Assembly: GCA_964304625.1 (NCBI GenBank)
Contig: OZ199839.1
Location: forward strand, 8,340,560-8,404,559
Reading direction: 5' to 3'
From: Kudoa neothunni
Lineage: Eukaryota; Animalia; Cnidaria
Length of the DNA: 64,000 nucleotides
The notes beneath the pieces were generated by a model, which saw nothing but the letters and a program-made list of their open reading frames with translations, was not told where the DNA came from and made no database searches. The position numbers and the translations under genes are program-made. Numbering within the stretch: position 1 is the first letter of the stretch; each line of letters opens with the position of its first letter. Of the stretch, positions 35,905 to 49,865 are shown piece after piece.

Positions 35905-37664
35905 AATTATTCCATTGTAGCATTTGATAGATCTATCCTTAGTCATTTTTGAATATGATTTTTTATTTTTTTTTTGCACGGTCGCGTGACTTAAACATAA
36001 GTATGTCAAAAGTGGAGACTTTACTATTTGTAAATTAAATAACAATCTTCGGAGTTAGAAGCGTGAGACATTTCTGTTTTTACCAAATAATTTGCTCCCA
36101 ATGATGTAATGTTATGTTGTCGGCTGAACTATCTAGATTCTAGATTAGATTGTTGCACTCTGCAATCTATGCTGGATTTAATTTTCTATGTAAAAAAATA
36201 AAATCCAATAATTTGGTTTTTACTCTTAATTTAAATTGATAATTCTACATTCGTAAGAAATTATGAGAAAATCATCGCCAGTGAATAAGGATTCTATTCA
36301 AAACTTGTCAGAAGGGAGTGGGATTGGCTAAAATGTTTAAAATTGTTATTTTTTATTCTGTTGCTATAGAATCTAATATATTTTAATGTATTTGACAATT
36401 ATTTGTTTTATACATGTCGCATTTGTTCATATGCATATAACACTTATTCTAGGGTTTTATTACATTTTTTATGTTAAATAAATTTCAATCAGCGTGAAAT
36501 AATTAGAGTATTACTTTTTAACCGTATTAATTGTGATCATGAGATTTCGAAAGCTTAGTCGCTAAAGAGGTTAAATTGCTGGGGTCAAAAATGATCCCTA
36601 CCGTTCCTGCTGGAATTTTTCCGAGCATCGTCTTTTAAGGGTTAAATTAAGCAGAGGTTATTTTCATGATAAATTTTAATATTAAAAGGCATAAACGCTT
36701 GCGCAAAAACAATTTTTTAACCCGGCAACTCTCATTTATAAATTGGACACGGATTGAATTTTTTAGAATCTGATATCAGGGGTCGGAACAAATTAATTTC
36801 AATTAATTTTAATTAATACACTATGAGGAAAATTCTTTTTTATTCGAATTGTTTTCATTTTTAAATCTATTCATCTGTGTAATAAATTTTGCGACATCAT
36901 TTCTTAAATGATTTATAATTTTCAGATTTGTTTAGTCTGTAATCTACATCCATTTGTCGAAACTCTCCAAATGATCTTTTATTAATAAACGATTTTTCTC
37001 TCGATCATAACGTAAATATCTTTTTCTTTTTATATTTTATTTTGGCCAGATAATGTATATTTGTATATAATGCCAAATTCACACATTTGATGTATTTCTG
37101 TTTATTCTTATTATTATATTACGATAGTGTGATGATGCTATGTCTCATTTATTATTTTTCTGCGGTTTTAACTCGATTTTATATTTAATTTTCCTATAAT
37201 AAACAATAATGTAAGACGAAATCAATTGTAACATTGATTAATTAAGATTGAGCATAATAAAATTAATTGATAAACCTATTTATTCTTATAACAAAACTAA
37301 AAATGATTAATGACTTTTTTCAAGCGTTTTCAATTAAATAATTGATATTATTAAGGTTTCTATCCAATCTAGCACATTGCATTATTTTATTAGTTTAATG
37401 TTTGGATTCATAAAATAATATTTTATTTGTTTTTAGGGAAAAATATTTCTAATTTTATAGAGAAAATTATGATTATAAAGAAACTATAGTAATAATAAGT
37501 TTTATTTCAATTTTTAATCTTAAAAACTGATAGATTCAATAAATAAAATCTAGCTTCAATTATTTTTAGTAGATTGGGTTTGATCATTTTTAATATAAAA
37601 CACTCATGTATTAAACAGTTTATCGATTAAATATATTTTTAAAAGATTGGGATGGATTTGGTTT

Positions 37665-37729
37665 TGATTACAAAGATTAACAACTGGTATGAAAACATAC
37701 CAATTGTTAAATTTTTTTAATTGCAATCA
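37665..37729. other. Foldback hairpin
   Basis: TTAACAACTGGTATG-AAAA-CATACCAATTGTTAA (14 of 15 bp paired), extended by TGATTACAA/TTGCAATCA. Confidence 0.6.
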
Positions 37730-38159
37730 TTGAATGTGGCAGAGTAAAATTAAACTTATTTGATTGCAAGATAAATAATTGATTTTCATCAATAACAATC
37801 AATTATTCCTAACCCTATTCTGATATATTTAATTATTTCTAATTCATAACAAATAATTTAGGAGAACAAAATAAGTAAATATGGTCAAAACTATCGACAC
37901 TTGAACGTTGTTTATCGTAAGAAACAATAGTGAGTTACTTGCAATTACAAAGACGTCGATACATACTATGAAATTGAATTAATTTGTTGATAGTTTTTTA
38001 CAATTATCTAAACATTAGAAACTAAGTTATTTGAATATAGGTTATATTCCACCAAGAACTTAGTAACTATTTTCAGGCCACATTAAAGAACAAAAAACGT
38101 TACCTTTTCAATACGTATACGAGCAGGATGAGATTCAAGTTAAGACCCTTTGGAATTAC

Positions 38160-38310
38160 GTGGTCGACCCAAAAAATGCGATACTAATCTCATTTGATTT
38201 TCAAATTAAAAACATTTTAGATCATTTTTTAGTTTATGATTTATACCACTGCAATATTTTATTAGGCTATGGTTGGCTATATAGGTTTTATCCAAAGTTT
38301 ACCTATGTGC
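38160..38310 (+). pseudogene. Possible LTR-retrotransposon aspartic protease fragment
   Basis: FLVYDLYHCNILLGYGWL resembles the retropepsin C-terminal F.V......ILG.DWL motif. No DSG motif, LTRs or RT recognised. Confidence 0.35.
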
Positions 38311-39993
38311 TGATCAGTAACAGTAACAGTAACAGTGTTACGGCACCACCGTATTTTAAGCTATTGCTTCTGAGCACGAATCCCGCCAAGCCAAGCTGCA
38401 TTATGATAAAAAATTTAGATTTAACAGTCAGATTTTTGTAAACCATCGTCCTATTATTTTGAGATGGAGTCAAAATTTAATTTTATAAACATTGTCATCT
38501 GATATTTAAAAAAGAATAAATACTATTTCCCTGTTGGTCATCAATGAATGGCGTAGTAGGCAGGTCGGGGGCATAATGTTAACCATCATTTTTAAATTTA
38601 GTTTATATATATGTTATAGTGTTACCATTATTTTTAACGATTTAATATGAAATTGGTAGTTTTTAGGCCATCTTATAGAAAATTGTTTGGGAAAATTATT
38701 CTCAATACAAGGTAGATATGATACGTCTAAATAATCCTAGGTGTGGGATTTTAACTTACTTACCAATAATGTAATTTTGGAGTTTTTAAGATTGAAATCA
38801 ATATAAAAATATTTTTTGTTGCCTTTCTTGTTAATAACAATAATAATAATTTGTAAGTAGGCATTGTAAAGATGAAATATCCTTATTTTTAGGTTTAAGA
38901 CGTCAATAGCTTCCCCTTATAATACTAATACGGGTGCGTTAGGCCTGACCCCAATCCGGAGTTTAATTAGTTATTTTGTAACTTTAGATAAACATTAAAT
39001 AAGTAAAGATATTTTTTAATGTCTATGTTTGATAAATTTAAAATTACATATAAAAATATTTGTTTCTACACCTGAGGACTTCAAAAGTCGAATTCTGGAC
39101 CCTTGATTCATTTCATTCATGTGCTATTGTTGTCTTTATAATAAAATAGAATTAAAGAAAAGCTTTTACGAAACATTAAAATTTCAAATTATTCTTTTTA
39201 TGATATGTGGAGCTTGTTCACGTATAAACCTTCCAGTAGTTGATTATGGAGTTAGTTTGAAGAACAAATATTTGAAATCATATATTTTCTGATTATCAAC
39301 TATTTTTATAGTTAATGTGTTAGAATTGCTAAAATATTCTAAGACATTTTATAATGACGATCTTTTGATAGATAGACAATTAAGTTTGGGTAAAATGATA
39401 TTTTGACCCAAACTATTAATAGCACAAGTCCAAGAGAAATTCATTCTTATAAGAAATATACAACTTAATATGTATACCTAGAGTTAAAACGAGATATTAT
39501 AAATATGATTGTAACATCACAAGTTAAGGAGAATAACTAAACCATCTGTGAATCGTTAAATCTTATCAAAAAACGTAATTTGAGATATTTTAGAAATTGA
39601 CTGCAAGTGACCTGAGTCAATAAGTCACTCTCTGTTGAAAAAAAATATTTCAGCCAATAAATAATTGTTTTAAAGAAATTGAAAAATAAACACAGAGCAA
39701 GGGCGACTCTAAGATTGCAAAATACACAAGTTATTTTTTTTACTACAATTACGTTTTGAAAGAAGAATTTTGTCGAAATAATTCAGCATTGCATTCGAGG
39801 TAGAAATTTACTTAAAAGCTAAAATATTGACATATCACGTGTAACATAAGAATTATATATTTTTATGGACATTAAAGCCAAAAGAAACTATCAAACATAT
39901 GGAATCAACAAAAGTTATATATCGAAAAAATAAAATATAGAGATTTTTTTTAGAATTGAGAGAAATAATTAAATTTCAGTTGGAAAAGTCAAT

Positions 39994-40681
39994 TCAAAAG
40001 AACTCGACCGGAAGGTCAAAACACAAAAGATCCATATAGCCGGCAACTCGTAGTTGCACTTTCAGTACTCTTATTCCCTATGGAGAAGTGTAAATGATGA
40101 AGGTGCTAATTCAAAATATACTTTGAAGGGAAATCGACGAACACTTACAATCATCTTGATCACAACTTCCTTTATCCCTTCCACAACAACAGGGCATTTT
40201 TTTAGATCATCGCATTCAGAGTTGAGAACCACTAAGGGCATTCCAATGGTGGTGGTGAATAGTTTAATTGAAGCGAAAATTGCCGTAATATTTGTTATTG
40301 GATATGTGTTTCCAATATCTGGGCCGATTCGATGACTAACAATGACTTTAATTCGTACCAGCTTATCAGAATTCTGATTGATAGGAATGGGATAACTATC
40401 CATCCAGCCGTAAACTTTTACAGCATCCAGTAATATGTAACCTAAATTTTATTAGATGGGTTGTGGTCGAGACTGAATGTATTTTAGCTTCTAGAATATT
40501 AGTAGCTACTAGTTCTAGAGTATTTTCCAGCTTTTCCCTTATGACATGTCTTTATTTCTCGCCCATATCTGAAGTACCCATAAAATCCATCAAAATCGAT
40601 CCTGTCTATTTCTTCCTTACAGTAGTTGATTACAGAAAAGGAAGCTAGCAATAGTGCAAACGAGGTCAGTCTTATTATCAT
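39994..40681 (-). CDS. NPC2-like ML (lipid-binding) domain protein, secreted, 191 aa, 3 exons
   Basis: Exons 40681-40510, 40441-40122 and 40077-39994 splice in frame. Signal peptide MIIRLTSFALLLASFSV. ML hallmarks IKTC, AVKVYG, ECDDLKKCPVV, VRRFP and terminal LLCFDLPVEFF. Confidence 0.75.
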
Positions 40682-42497
40682 TATTTTACCGCTCCCAGTG
40701 AACTTTCAACGTTACTGTTGATAATTCTAACGCTGTTGTTAATTACCGTAGCTTGTAATTGTGGCGCTATCAGGTGTTAACATTAATTGACCCTGTTTGC
40801 ATAGATATTTTTATATATCAATCAAAAACATTGTTTTTATGAAAAGTTTATCTTATTAATAGCGAACTAATTTGTTCCTCTTTATATACGCCAAGGGAAA
40901 CCCTCCACCGCTTTCTACTGTTGAAATGTATTTTTTCGTGTTAAAAAACAAATGATTAAGAAAAATGTAATTATTTAAAAATTTTTGTTTTTAATTTCGG
41001 TTTTATCGACCACTGACAACAATAATTACAAATAGTACAATTTTATTGTAATTTATTTTTTTAGAAACTCTTTTACAGTTATAGGGTTATTGTTTCAATC
41101 TTTCAATAATCCCACCCATAAAGCTCACGAGGATTGCCACCTCATGATAATCTTAAATACTTTACACCTCATTTTATCTTATATGACTAGAATAGGAGTT
41201 CGTCAAAAATCATTATTTTATGCTTAATAGCTTTAATTTTTATACCCTCAGTAATCTTTTATCCTCCATTTATTACATTCTATAGATCAAATCCTTTCTT
41301 AATGTATAGAGATTGTTGATATAAATATTACGTCGGTCAGATTTTGAAACATTAGCCTGCAATGTAACAAACATATTCGAAGTAATTTTTTAAACAATCC
41401 ACTTTACTGTTGTGATTAGTTCTAAACGATTAGGTTAATTGAATAGAAAATATTTTAAGATATAATATAATTTCTCTATTGTTTAATAACTAATAAACTT
41501 GAGGTTATTTTAGTGTATATAGAGGTAGGTATTATCCCTCCCAATTCTCTCATTGTTGATCTTAATAAATTTTTGCATGCATTACCTCACCCGGTTAAAA
41601 TAAATCTATTTTATTCATTATTTTTATATTTTAGCCTATTGTGAGTTATATTTTGTTGATACAAGTGCGAAATGCCAACAGCAATCTAGTAACACATGGT
41701 GTTTAATTTTCAATCATATTAGAAGTGGATTATATCGTATGAAAATCGTTCCCTAACATGGCTGTGAATTGGATAATTGAATTTTACTGTGATGAACGGA
41801 CCCACTTAACTGGGGATGCGGAAATCACTTTTAATGAAACCTGTATCTTCCGTATATCAGTAAAGAAAACGAGAATTTATAAAGTTGATTCTGCGTTTTA
41901 AGTTTTGTGTTATTTGAGACGACCATGATATAAATTTATTATTTTCGATTTCTCCATGCAGAATTTATTACTGTAATTAAATTGTTTATTCGAAATCATT
42001 GACAATGATTTTTTCCTGGTAACCTAATTTATTAGATATTAAATAGGTTGAATAAAAACAAGGTTTATACGATTATGGTTTTCATAAAATTAAACTCTAA
42101 AATAGTAGAATCTTCTACTATCTACTATCTACTATCTACTATACCAGGGGTGACCAGACTTGTCTAGATCGGGAAGCAACCTTAAGGTTATCCAAATTTT
42201 CAAGAGCCACAAAACATTAAAATCATTTATATTACTCTTCTTTATTAAAACTAACATTTTTGGAAAATTTCTGGCCAATATTAAGATAAAATGTTGTAGA
42301 ATCATGAACATAGGTTTTTTAATTTTTTCTTATTCAATGAATCGCTGAAAAACTTGCACATAATTTTTATAGGTATAATTTAAGATGGTTTTTCGAAAAA
42401 AGTAAATTTGTAGTTAATAATCAGGGAAACTTTTTCTCTATGAAAAAGGTCGCAGAAATAATAAAATATTTTCCACATTTAACTCTTAACTCTTTAA

Positions 42498-44482
42498 CTC
42501 TCTAACGATTTTTAGGGTGTAATATACCTCAGATTTTTTTTCACTCATCATAAACCGTTATATCATGTGCTCTATTTTAAAAAAGGTTAGAAGACTTCTA
42601 TCGAGTAGATTTATACTAATTTAATGTTAAAGTACGAAAATTTAGGTTCCACATGCTCCGTTTTTATAATATCGACCGGTTCTGAAGACTCTATAGTAAT
42701 GAAAAACATTCATCTGGTAATGAATTGGATGATTATGTTTTTGGATCTTCTAAAAATTCGGATGATTCTATTGAATCACTGAAAAGTAAGAATGACATTG
42801 AGTAGAATTTAAATAAGCCCTCAAAATCGAGAACTTCGATTGAGAATGTATGAATGGTCGCACAGGACCAACGGCTTACTGCCATCGAACGATTAAGTGT
42901 ATGTCGGATATTTTTTTATTTTCTTTGACTAGAATATTTGTCATGAAATAATAAAAAATTCCAAATTATTTTGAAAAACATTATAATGAACATTGGTCGG
43001 ATATTGACGAGGTCGAATTCAACGTCTACCTAGGGATTCTGATCTTAATGACTATCCATAAAGATAGACAGGATCCCATTTTTGAACTGTTTAGTGCAGC
43101 TGAAGGAAGGTAAATGTATTTTCAGCTTTTTTCTCAACAAAGATTTAAACAGGTGTCAAGGCGTTGCATTTCGACGATGTTAGGTTAATACTCGAGAGGA
43201 GCTGACGACAAATTTTGTCCCATGCGAGATTTGTGGTCAATATGGATTTATGAACTGCCCAAGTGTTTTGTCCCCGTTTTTCCCCCAATCAGGACGTAAC
43301 TGTTGATGAACAGTTGGTAGTGTTTAGAGGAAGATATCCTTTCAAACAGGATTTATCTCTAAAATCAGTCAAATATGGGTTAAAATTTTTCATCCTGGTA
43401 GATTCGGTTCAAACATACTTATTGAATATTTCGCCTTATCTTGGATAAAATGTATCAGAAACCTCACAAAACTGTAGTGTAGGTGAAAGTATTATACTTA
43501 CTCTTTCGTCTCAATTTTGATTCTGGACGAAATGTTGTTGACGACAACTTTTTTTCTTCTCTCCAATTGGCGTCTAAATTACCGTAAAAAAAGCTTACCT
43601 ACTTAGGGACCATTCGCCATAATAAAAGAGAACTGCCTCCATGAGTTTATGTGTTTTTCTAGCAAAAGACAGACCATTACGTATTTCCACGTTTGTTTGT
43701 TATTTTTAGAAAAATATATTGACATCTTATGTGAATAAAAAAGGGTGGTCAGTAATTATTTTATCAACTGGCGCAACGAACAGCAGCAGCACGGTGGTTG
43801 AAACATATCATGCGACATCAGAGGTGATTATGTGCTACAACAAAACTAAAGGTTGTATTGACACCGTTGGCCACATGTTAGCTTCAGTTTCTGTTCGTAG
43901 GCTTAATATAAGGGGACTCATGGATGTCATCTACAATATGGCAGACCTCTAATTGATTAACGCCTTTTCTATATATAAAAACATATACAATGACAGGACT
44001 AAGCTTCGGCGTAATTTTTTGAGAGAATTTGCGGCGGACCTCTATAAACCATTATTAAAAAGAAGTAAGCACTCAAAAAGACCTAAAATATCTCGTAAAA
44101 ATAATGCGCTATCGCATAACATAATACCGAATCCAAAACGGTACCAATTGTGTCATCGACAGAGTGTCAAAAAAAACAAATTCAGTTTGTTTGACTTGCA
44201 AACGTTTTTATTGTAGCGAATATTCGTCAAAAAATGCTGTGATTGTTATACAAGTCACTGCAATTATAGACGTTAACCTTATTGAGTATATGGCAGTTAA
44301 TGTATCACTTGATTTTATTTTTTCTTGCGCGAAAAGTCCGAGTTTAGCAATATCTCATCTATCGGATTAAAAAGGTTTATTTGGTATAATTCTTTTCTAA
44401 ATTAATATAACTTAATAAAGAGTGGACTGTATTACGCCCCAAAAATCGTTGGTAGGTGTATGTGTTTGGGATCATTAGAGGG
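42498..44482 (+). mobile_element. piggyBac transposon with degenerate transposase
   Basis: TTAA TSDs (42494-42497, 44483-44486) and TIR CTCTCTAACGAT / ATCATTAGAGGG. Motifs VTVDEQLVVFRGR.PFKQ, KYGLKF, DDNFFSS, YNKTKGCID and a C-terminal Cys-rich domain. Many stops and frameshifts. Confidence 0.92.
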
Positions 44483-45220
44483 TTAAATTCAATATACAGA
44501 AAATATGTTTTAAAATTAAGCATAATTTATAGTATTGTTGATTTTTATTTAAAGCGTATCAGCACAACAACGATTTTTAAATTACTCTACCGAAAACGAA
44601 TAAAATCAAAGTTTGTTTTTATTTATGTGTTTATTTGTTGATTGAGTATTTATACAATCATAGCAACTTTAGATAATATATATATATATATATATAAATA
44701 CATAATGACCGCATAATTTTGTATTATCTATTAATATGGGGTTATGGATGGGATTCCGTAATTTACATAGTAAATTGAGTCGGTTTAAAATTTAATCAGT
44801 AAAACAACTGTTTCTTTACTACTAAATTCTGTTTAAATAGTTTTCGAATTATTGTAATCTCATTTGGAGTCTGCCATTCCAATTTTTGCTTCCCTAGGAA
44901 ACAAAAATTGATCCAAAAACTTCTGTTTTATTATTTAAAGATTTTTAAATAATTTCCAAACAAATATCCTACATAGACATTCGTTATTTTTCATTCATTT
45001 TTTTACACTTTCCGTATTCATAAAAATACAAAGATCAATAATTTACAAGGATGATTAAATTTTTTATTTCTAAATCCACCACTTAATACCCAAATCAAAT
45101 TTTTAAGAAACAAATAAAGTTTTATATTATTTAATAGACAAATAATTTACACAAATAGAGAAAATATCGAAAAAAGGTAATTTAGAGAGACCACTGCGCA
45201 CGCAAATAAAATAACAAAAA

Positions 45221-46226
45221 ATGGACCACCTTGTTTCTACGTTAGTTGGCAAGGATGTTCTCAACAGCAATAGTTTCATACTCCCAAATATTGAGAATGT
45301 AATTTTCTCCTTCTGTGAGTACACACAACTGTAAAAATTTTATTTAGCCTCATGAATTCGTGGATAAAGTTTGTCCAAACAATGGAATCCACATTAGAAT
45401 GAACAAAGGTACCACTACACTAGCATTCAAATATGCTGAAGGTGTGGTAGTGGCAGTAGATTCGAGAGCGACAGCTGGAGCTTATATTGGTATGAGTTGG
45501 ACTACAAATTGTAATTGTAGGTGTAATCGTGTTTTGTTTTTAGCCTCTCAAACCGTACAGAAAGTTATTGAAATAAACTCTTTTCTTCTTGGTACGATGG
45601 CTGGAGGTGCTGCTGATTGTGCCTTTTGGGAGAGGGTTCTATCTAGAAGATGCAGGTAATCTCGATTAGATTTATGACGTCAACAACCACCTCAATTTCT
45701 AAATTACTAAACAACCAAATTACACAAAACTAACTCAATTATTTAGAATGTATGAACTGCAGGAAGGTGAACGAATAAGTGTGGCTGCTGCCAGCAAAAT
45801 TCTAAGCAACCTGGTGGGTGCATATCGCGGAATGGGCCTAAGTATGGGTACTATGATCTGTGGTTGGGATCACAAAGGGCCTGGATTGTATTATGTGGAT
45901 TCGAGTGGGGTTCGACTCACAAGCAAAGCATTTTGCGTCGGTTCTGGTTCCACTTACGCTTATGGTGTGCTGGATTCGGGATACGATTGGAATTTGTCTA
46001 AAGATGATGCTATTGAACTGGGTAGAAGATCGATCTTTCAGGCCACATTTAGAGATTCGATGTCTGGTGGTAGTGTGCTTGGTAACTTATTGGTTGATTT
46101 TTTAGTACATTTTAACTGTTGTTATCCTATTTAGTGTATCATATCGATAAGGATGGTTGGCAACGTATCGGGAAGTTCGACACGGCAGAATTGTACTACC
46201 ACTACAATCCTATTTCTCAAAACTAA
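45221..46226 (+). CDS. PSMB5: 20S proteasome subunit beta type-5 (5 exons)
   Basis: KG|TTTLAFKY...[45 protein letters not shown]...ISVAAASK.L...[14 protein letters not shown]...[11 protein letters not shown]...[10 protein letters not shown]; all introns GT-AG and in frame. Confidence 0.97.
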
Positions 46227-46731
46227 ATTTTGATTATAATGCTTGCTCCGCCTACTTATTGTGTTGTTAGTTAGTGGAGTGAATTTATTTGTTTATTCGG
46301 AGAACTAAGACTGCCACGCATAAATTTAATAATTTTATTCAACTAAAATAATGAAGTGCTTTATACTTGTTCCCTTAATTATCTATAAAAGATGAGATCC
46401 ATCGATTCCTGTTTGTTCGCATTTGTTCGCATGGTGGTTGGGTTTTTATAAATACATAACGCGATATCCCAGCTTTTGCTAGGTAATAATTGATTGGGAT
46501 TTTGGCTATTTTCAGTGTAGTTTAATTAAGTTTAAAAATATGTCTATATGGGGTCGAAAACTGTATAACCATATCGGTCTTACATTTGATGTGTAAAAAT
46601 TATATTTGTATTCTAAATTATGAGATGTCATAAAAATTGAATTTGTTTTTTGTATTATGAATAATTCTAGTTTAGTCAAACTCTATTTAGATAACCCATT
46701 AGAAACTAAACAAAATCATTAAGTAAGTTAA

Positions 46732-49407
46732 CCCTCGAATACCTGAGAAAAAAAATTACACGAATATCTGAACAGGACCATAGAGGTCCTGTGCTATTTT
46801 CTTCCAATATAGTTGGAATCATAACACATAACCTATAGATCTAAAGTCATCGACCTTTGCCTTTCTATTGTGTGGCATTTTGTCTTAAAAAATTAATATT
46901 AATATATTTGTGGGAACTATTCATTAATGCGTGCCCCACCAATAACGATATACCATGGGTAAATTCAAATTAAAAATAATACAAATTCTTATAATATACA
47001 TTGAATGATAATTAAACATTTTATTTTCTAAAACTAAAATATTCTATATTCTCATTGATTACTATTCTATATACATTATAGAATTCTTGTATTGATCGAA
47101 ATTCGCTGCCAGAAATGGGTTGTTAATTAAAAACACTTTTTTTGAAAGAAAACTTTATAAATATTTATAAATTCCACTTGGAAACCTTTTAATTAGACTT
47201 AAATCAAAATAACTTAAACTCTCTATTTTACCAAATTATCCCATCAAACGTCAATTTACTTGTATAAAAATCATCGTATTTACAAAATATTCAATATATA
47301 AGATTTTTTTATATATAGAAAAATAAAAATATAAACGTCTAATAAAAGAATAAAATTTTTTTAATTATATAATGAATATGTTTTAGTTGCAATGGCATGT
47401 ATCACATTCTACAATATTGGTTCGGTAGCTTCCACAAACATACTGTTGGCATTTTGTACAAGATATTATACTTTTTTTCTTTTTAACCACAGAACAAATA
47501 AGACACAAACCTTTTCCTGAAAAATATGTTTTTTTAGTCTGGATTGATTTGGCAGTATCGTCATCTCCAAGTAACTCTTCGGCAAGCATTTTCAAGAATT
47601 TTCTTCTTGATTGCTTTTTATTAGCTTGATGGAATCGAAGATTTCTATTAATGCACTAAAAATAAACATTGTAAGCGGCTATATCAATTATATTGAAAAT
47701 AATTGTTATCGGCCAAAGGCGAGTAGCTCGCTTGGTGGAATAGCAACGGATAATACGGTCTAAACTCTAAAGTATCGACGCCACCTTTGGTTGAATTGTA
47801 ATACATTACAATTTCAGGCTTTTTGGTCTACTTGCTTATCTCGACGCTTTGATGTTGAGAGCTTAAAAGAACTACTGATTTGTTTTTCTTCCGGTGGAAC
47901 TTCACCGGAGTAAATTTGTCCTGAAAAAGAAATTTTATTTCATATTCAGTACATTTCGGTGACCGGAATTCGGGACCAAGAAATTTTTTATTTTTTCTTA
48001 CTGTTCCAACAATAGTAGTCTTATTTGAAATAAGGCACCTTGCAAACGATAAAGTGGTAAAAAATTATCTGTAGTTACATTTCGACCTTTGTTTAAGTAT
48101 GGTTGCATTAGATCTTTCACTACATTTTCGCCTTGGTTATTTTCACCCATTCCATTTTCCTTGCAATGTATATTTTTGGATTGTAGTGATACGCATTTGT
48201 TGCATCATACAACGCCAAGATTTTGATTCCAAACCTACCAGGCTTTGATGGAATAAACATTTTGGAGGGACATCGTCGTTTAAATGTTACTAGCTGCTCA
48301 TCATCAATCAACTGAGAGGATAGGTTGTAACTTTTCCTACATGTCTTTATGAAGCCGTCAAAAATATATCTAATTGAAGCTAATTTGTCATCGCGATTTC
48401 TACTGTGTCTATTATCAAATCTAATAGACGTAGTAATTTCTTCGAAGCGATTTCTGGATATCTTTTTTATTGTGGATGATAGACTGTATTTTTCTCTCCG
48501 AAACCATCTAATATTCTCGTACTTCCTTTTCATCACTCCAATAAGTATGACCGCACCCAAATAAATGTTGAGTTCGTCCAAATAAATTTACTTTATGGTG
48601 TATTTGTCTAATTTGATGAACATATTTATGCAATATACGATCTTATCAAGTATAAATGAAGTCAAGAAATTATTACATGCTCCCATTGGAGTCCGCTCAA
48701 AAAGTCTTGCTTCTTTTGACAATTCTGGTTTTTTCTTGTATATATTTTCCGGTGTTACTCTCCATTCAATTTTTGTTAGAGTTCTGTACCACTTTTCTCT
48801 ATCTTTTGACACAACACAGGAGATTTCTGAAGCATCTTCGATACTTTCTTCGCTGTCATAAACATCACGATCATCTTCATTATTGATCGGTTCATTTATG
48901 GTTTCATCTAAATCTTCAGATTCTCTTTCTTCGAATAATACGTCAACAAAATTTTTATCTTCAACTTTGAGGAAATAAATTTCTCTATCGGAACTCATTT
49001 TAGACGTTTTCTAGAACATTGGACGTGCATCATAAATTTCATTTATACGTTTTAATGTTCTTAATTTAAATTATAATTTGTTATAAAATACTCATTTATA
49101 TACAGAATCTGTTATAAAACCTTATTTCTAGAATTCAGTAATTTTAATAATGTTTCAAAGGTTGATTAGCTCATTAGTTTCAGGTGAACCATTGTGGTCC
49201 TACTTAGATATTTACGTAACTTTTTTTGTTTTTTCATTTATGCACAAAGTTACTAAGTCTAAAAATCTAATATTTTAACATTTTATTTAGTAAGATTACA
49301 CAATAACATAATCATAATTAGAAATTAATAACTTTCAAAACTGATAAGATATTAAGGGGTTTTTTGCTAGTGGACCACAATGGTTGTCCAATCCAGGTAT
49401 TCGAGGG
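46732..49407 (-). mobile_element. piggyBac transposon, full-length, with pseudogenised transposase (~48998-47383)
   Basis: TTAA TSDs and a perfect 14-bp TIR CCCTCGAATACCTG / CAGGTATTCGAGGG. Motifs SRNRFEEI..IRFDN, DEQLVTFKRRC...IPSKPGRFGIK, RNVTTDNFFT, YNSTKGGVDT and a C-terminal Cys-rich domain. Confidence 0.95.
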
Positions 49408-49865
49408 TTAAATATGTGATCATTATCAGCTCTAACAGATGTTTACCATTTTTGTCAAAGTTTATTTCACATTTTATTTATATTTCGTGTAGAAACTTAT
49501 TCAAAACTTTGATTTTTACGCACAATATAAATACCTTATTATGTCACATCGTTTATAAAACATGCTTTAATTGTTGATCTTATTTTAATTAAACTTTAAC
49601 TTCAGTTCATCAATATCAAGCGAATTTTTAAATCTTGAATCCGTTCGATACCTGTATGATTTTCTTCTCCTCCATACGCACTTACGAAGGAATAATTAAA
49701 ATTGATACATGAATTTCGATTAAAAAACGTTTTTTCTATATCACATCGTGAAGCGGCAGGTAGCAAATAATCTTTTTGCCTATTTAAAGAGTTTTTTAAT
49801 GGTTCGCATATAATAAAAATCTCTAAGAAATTTTGTTAGTAGCTTCATTAGGTGTTCTCGATATA

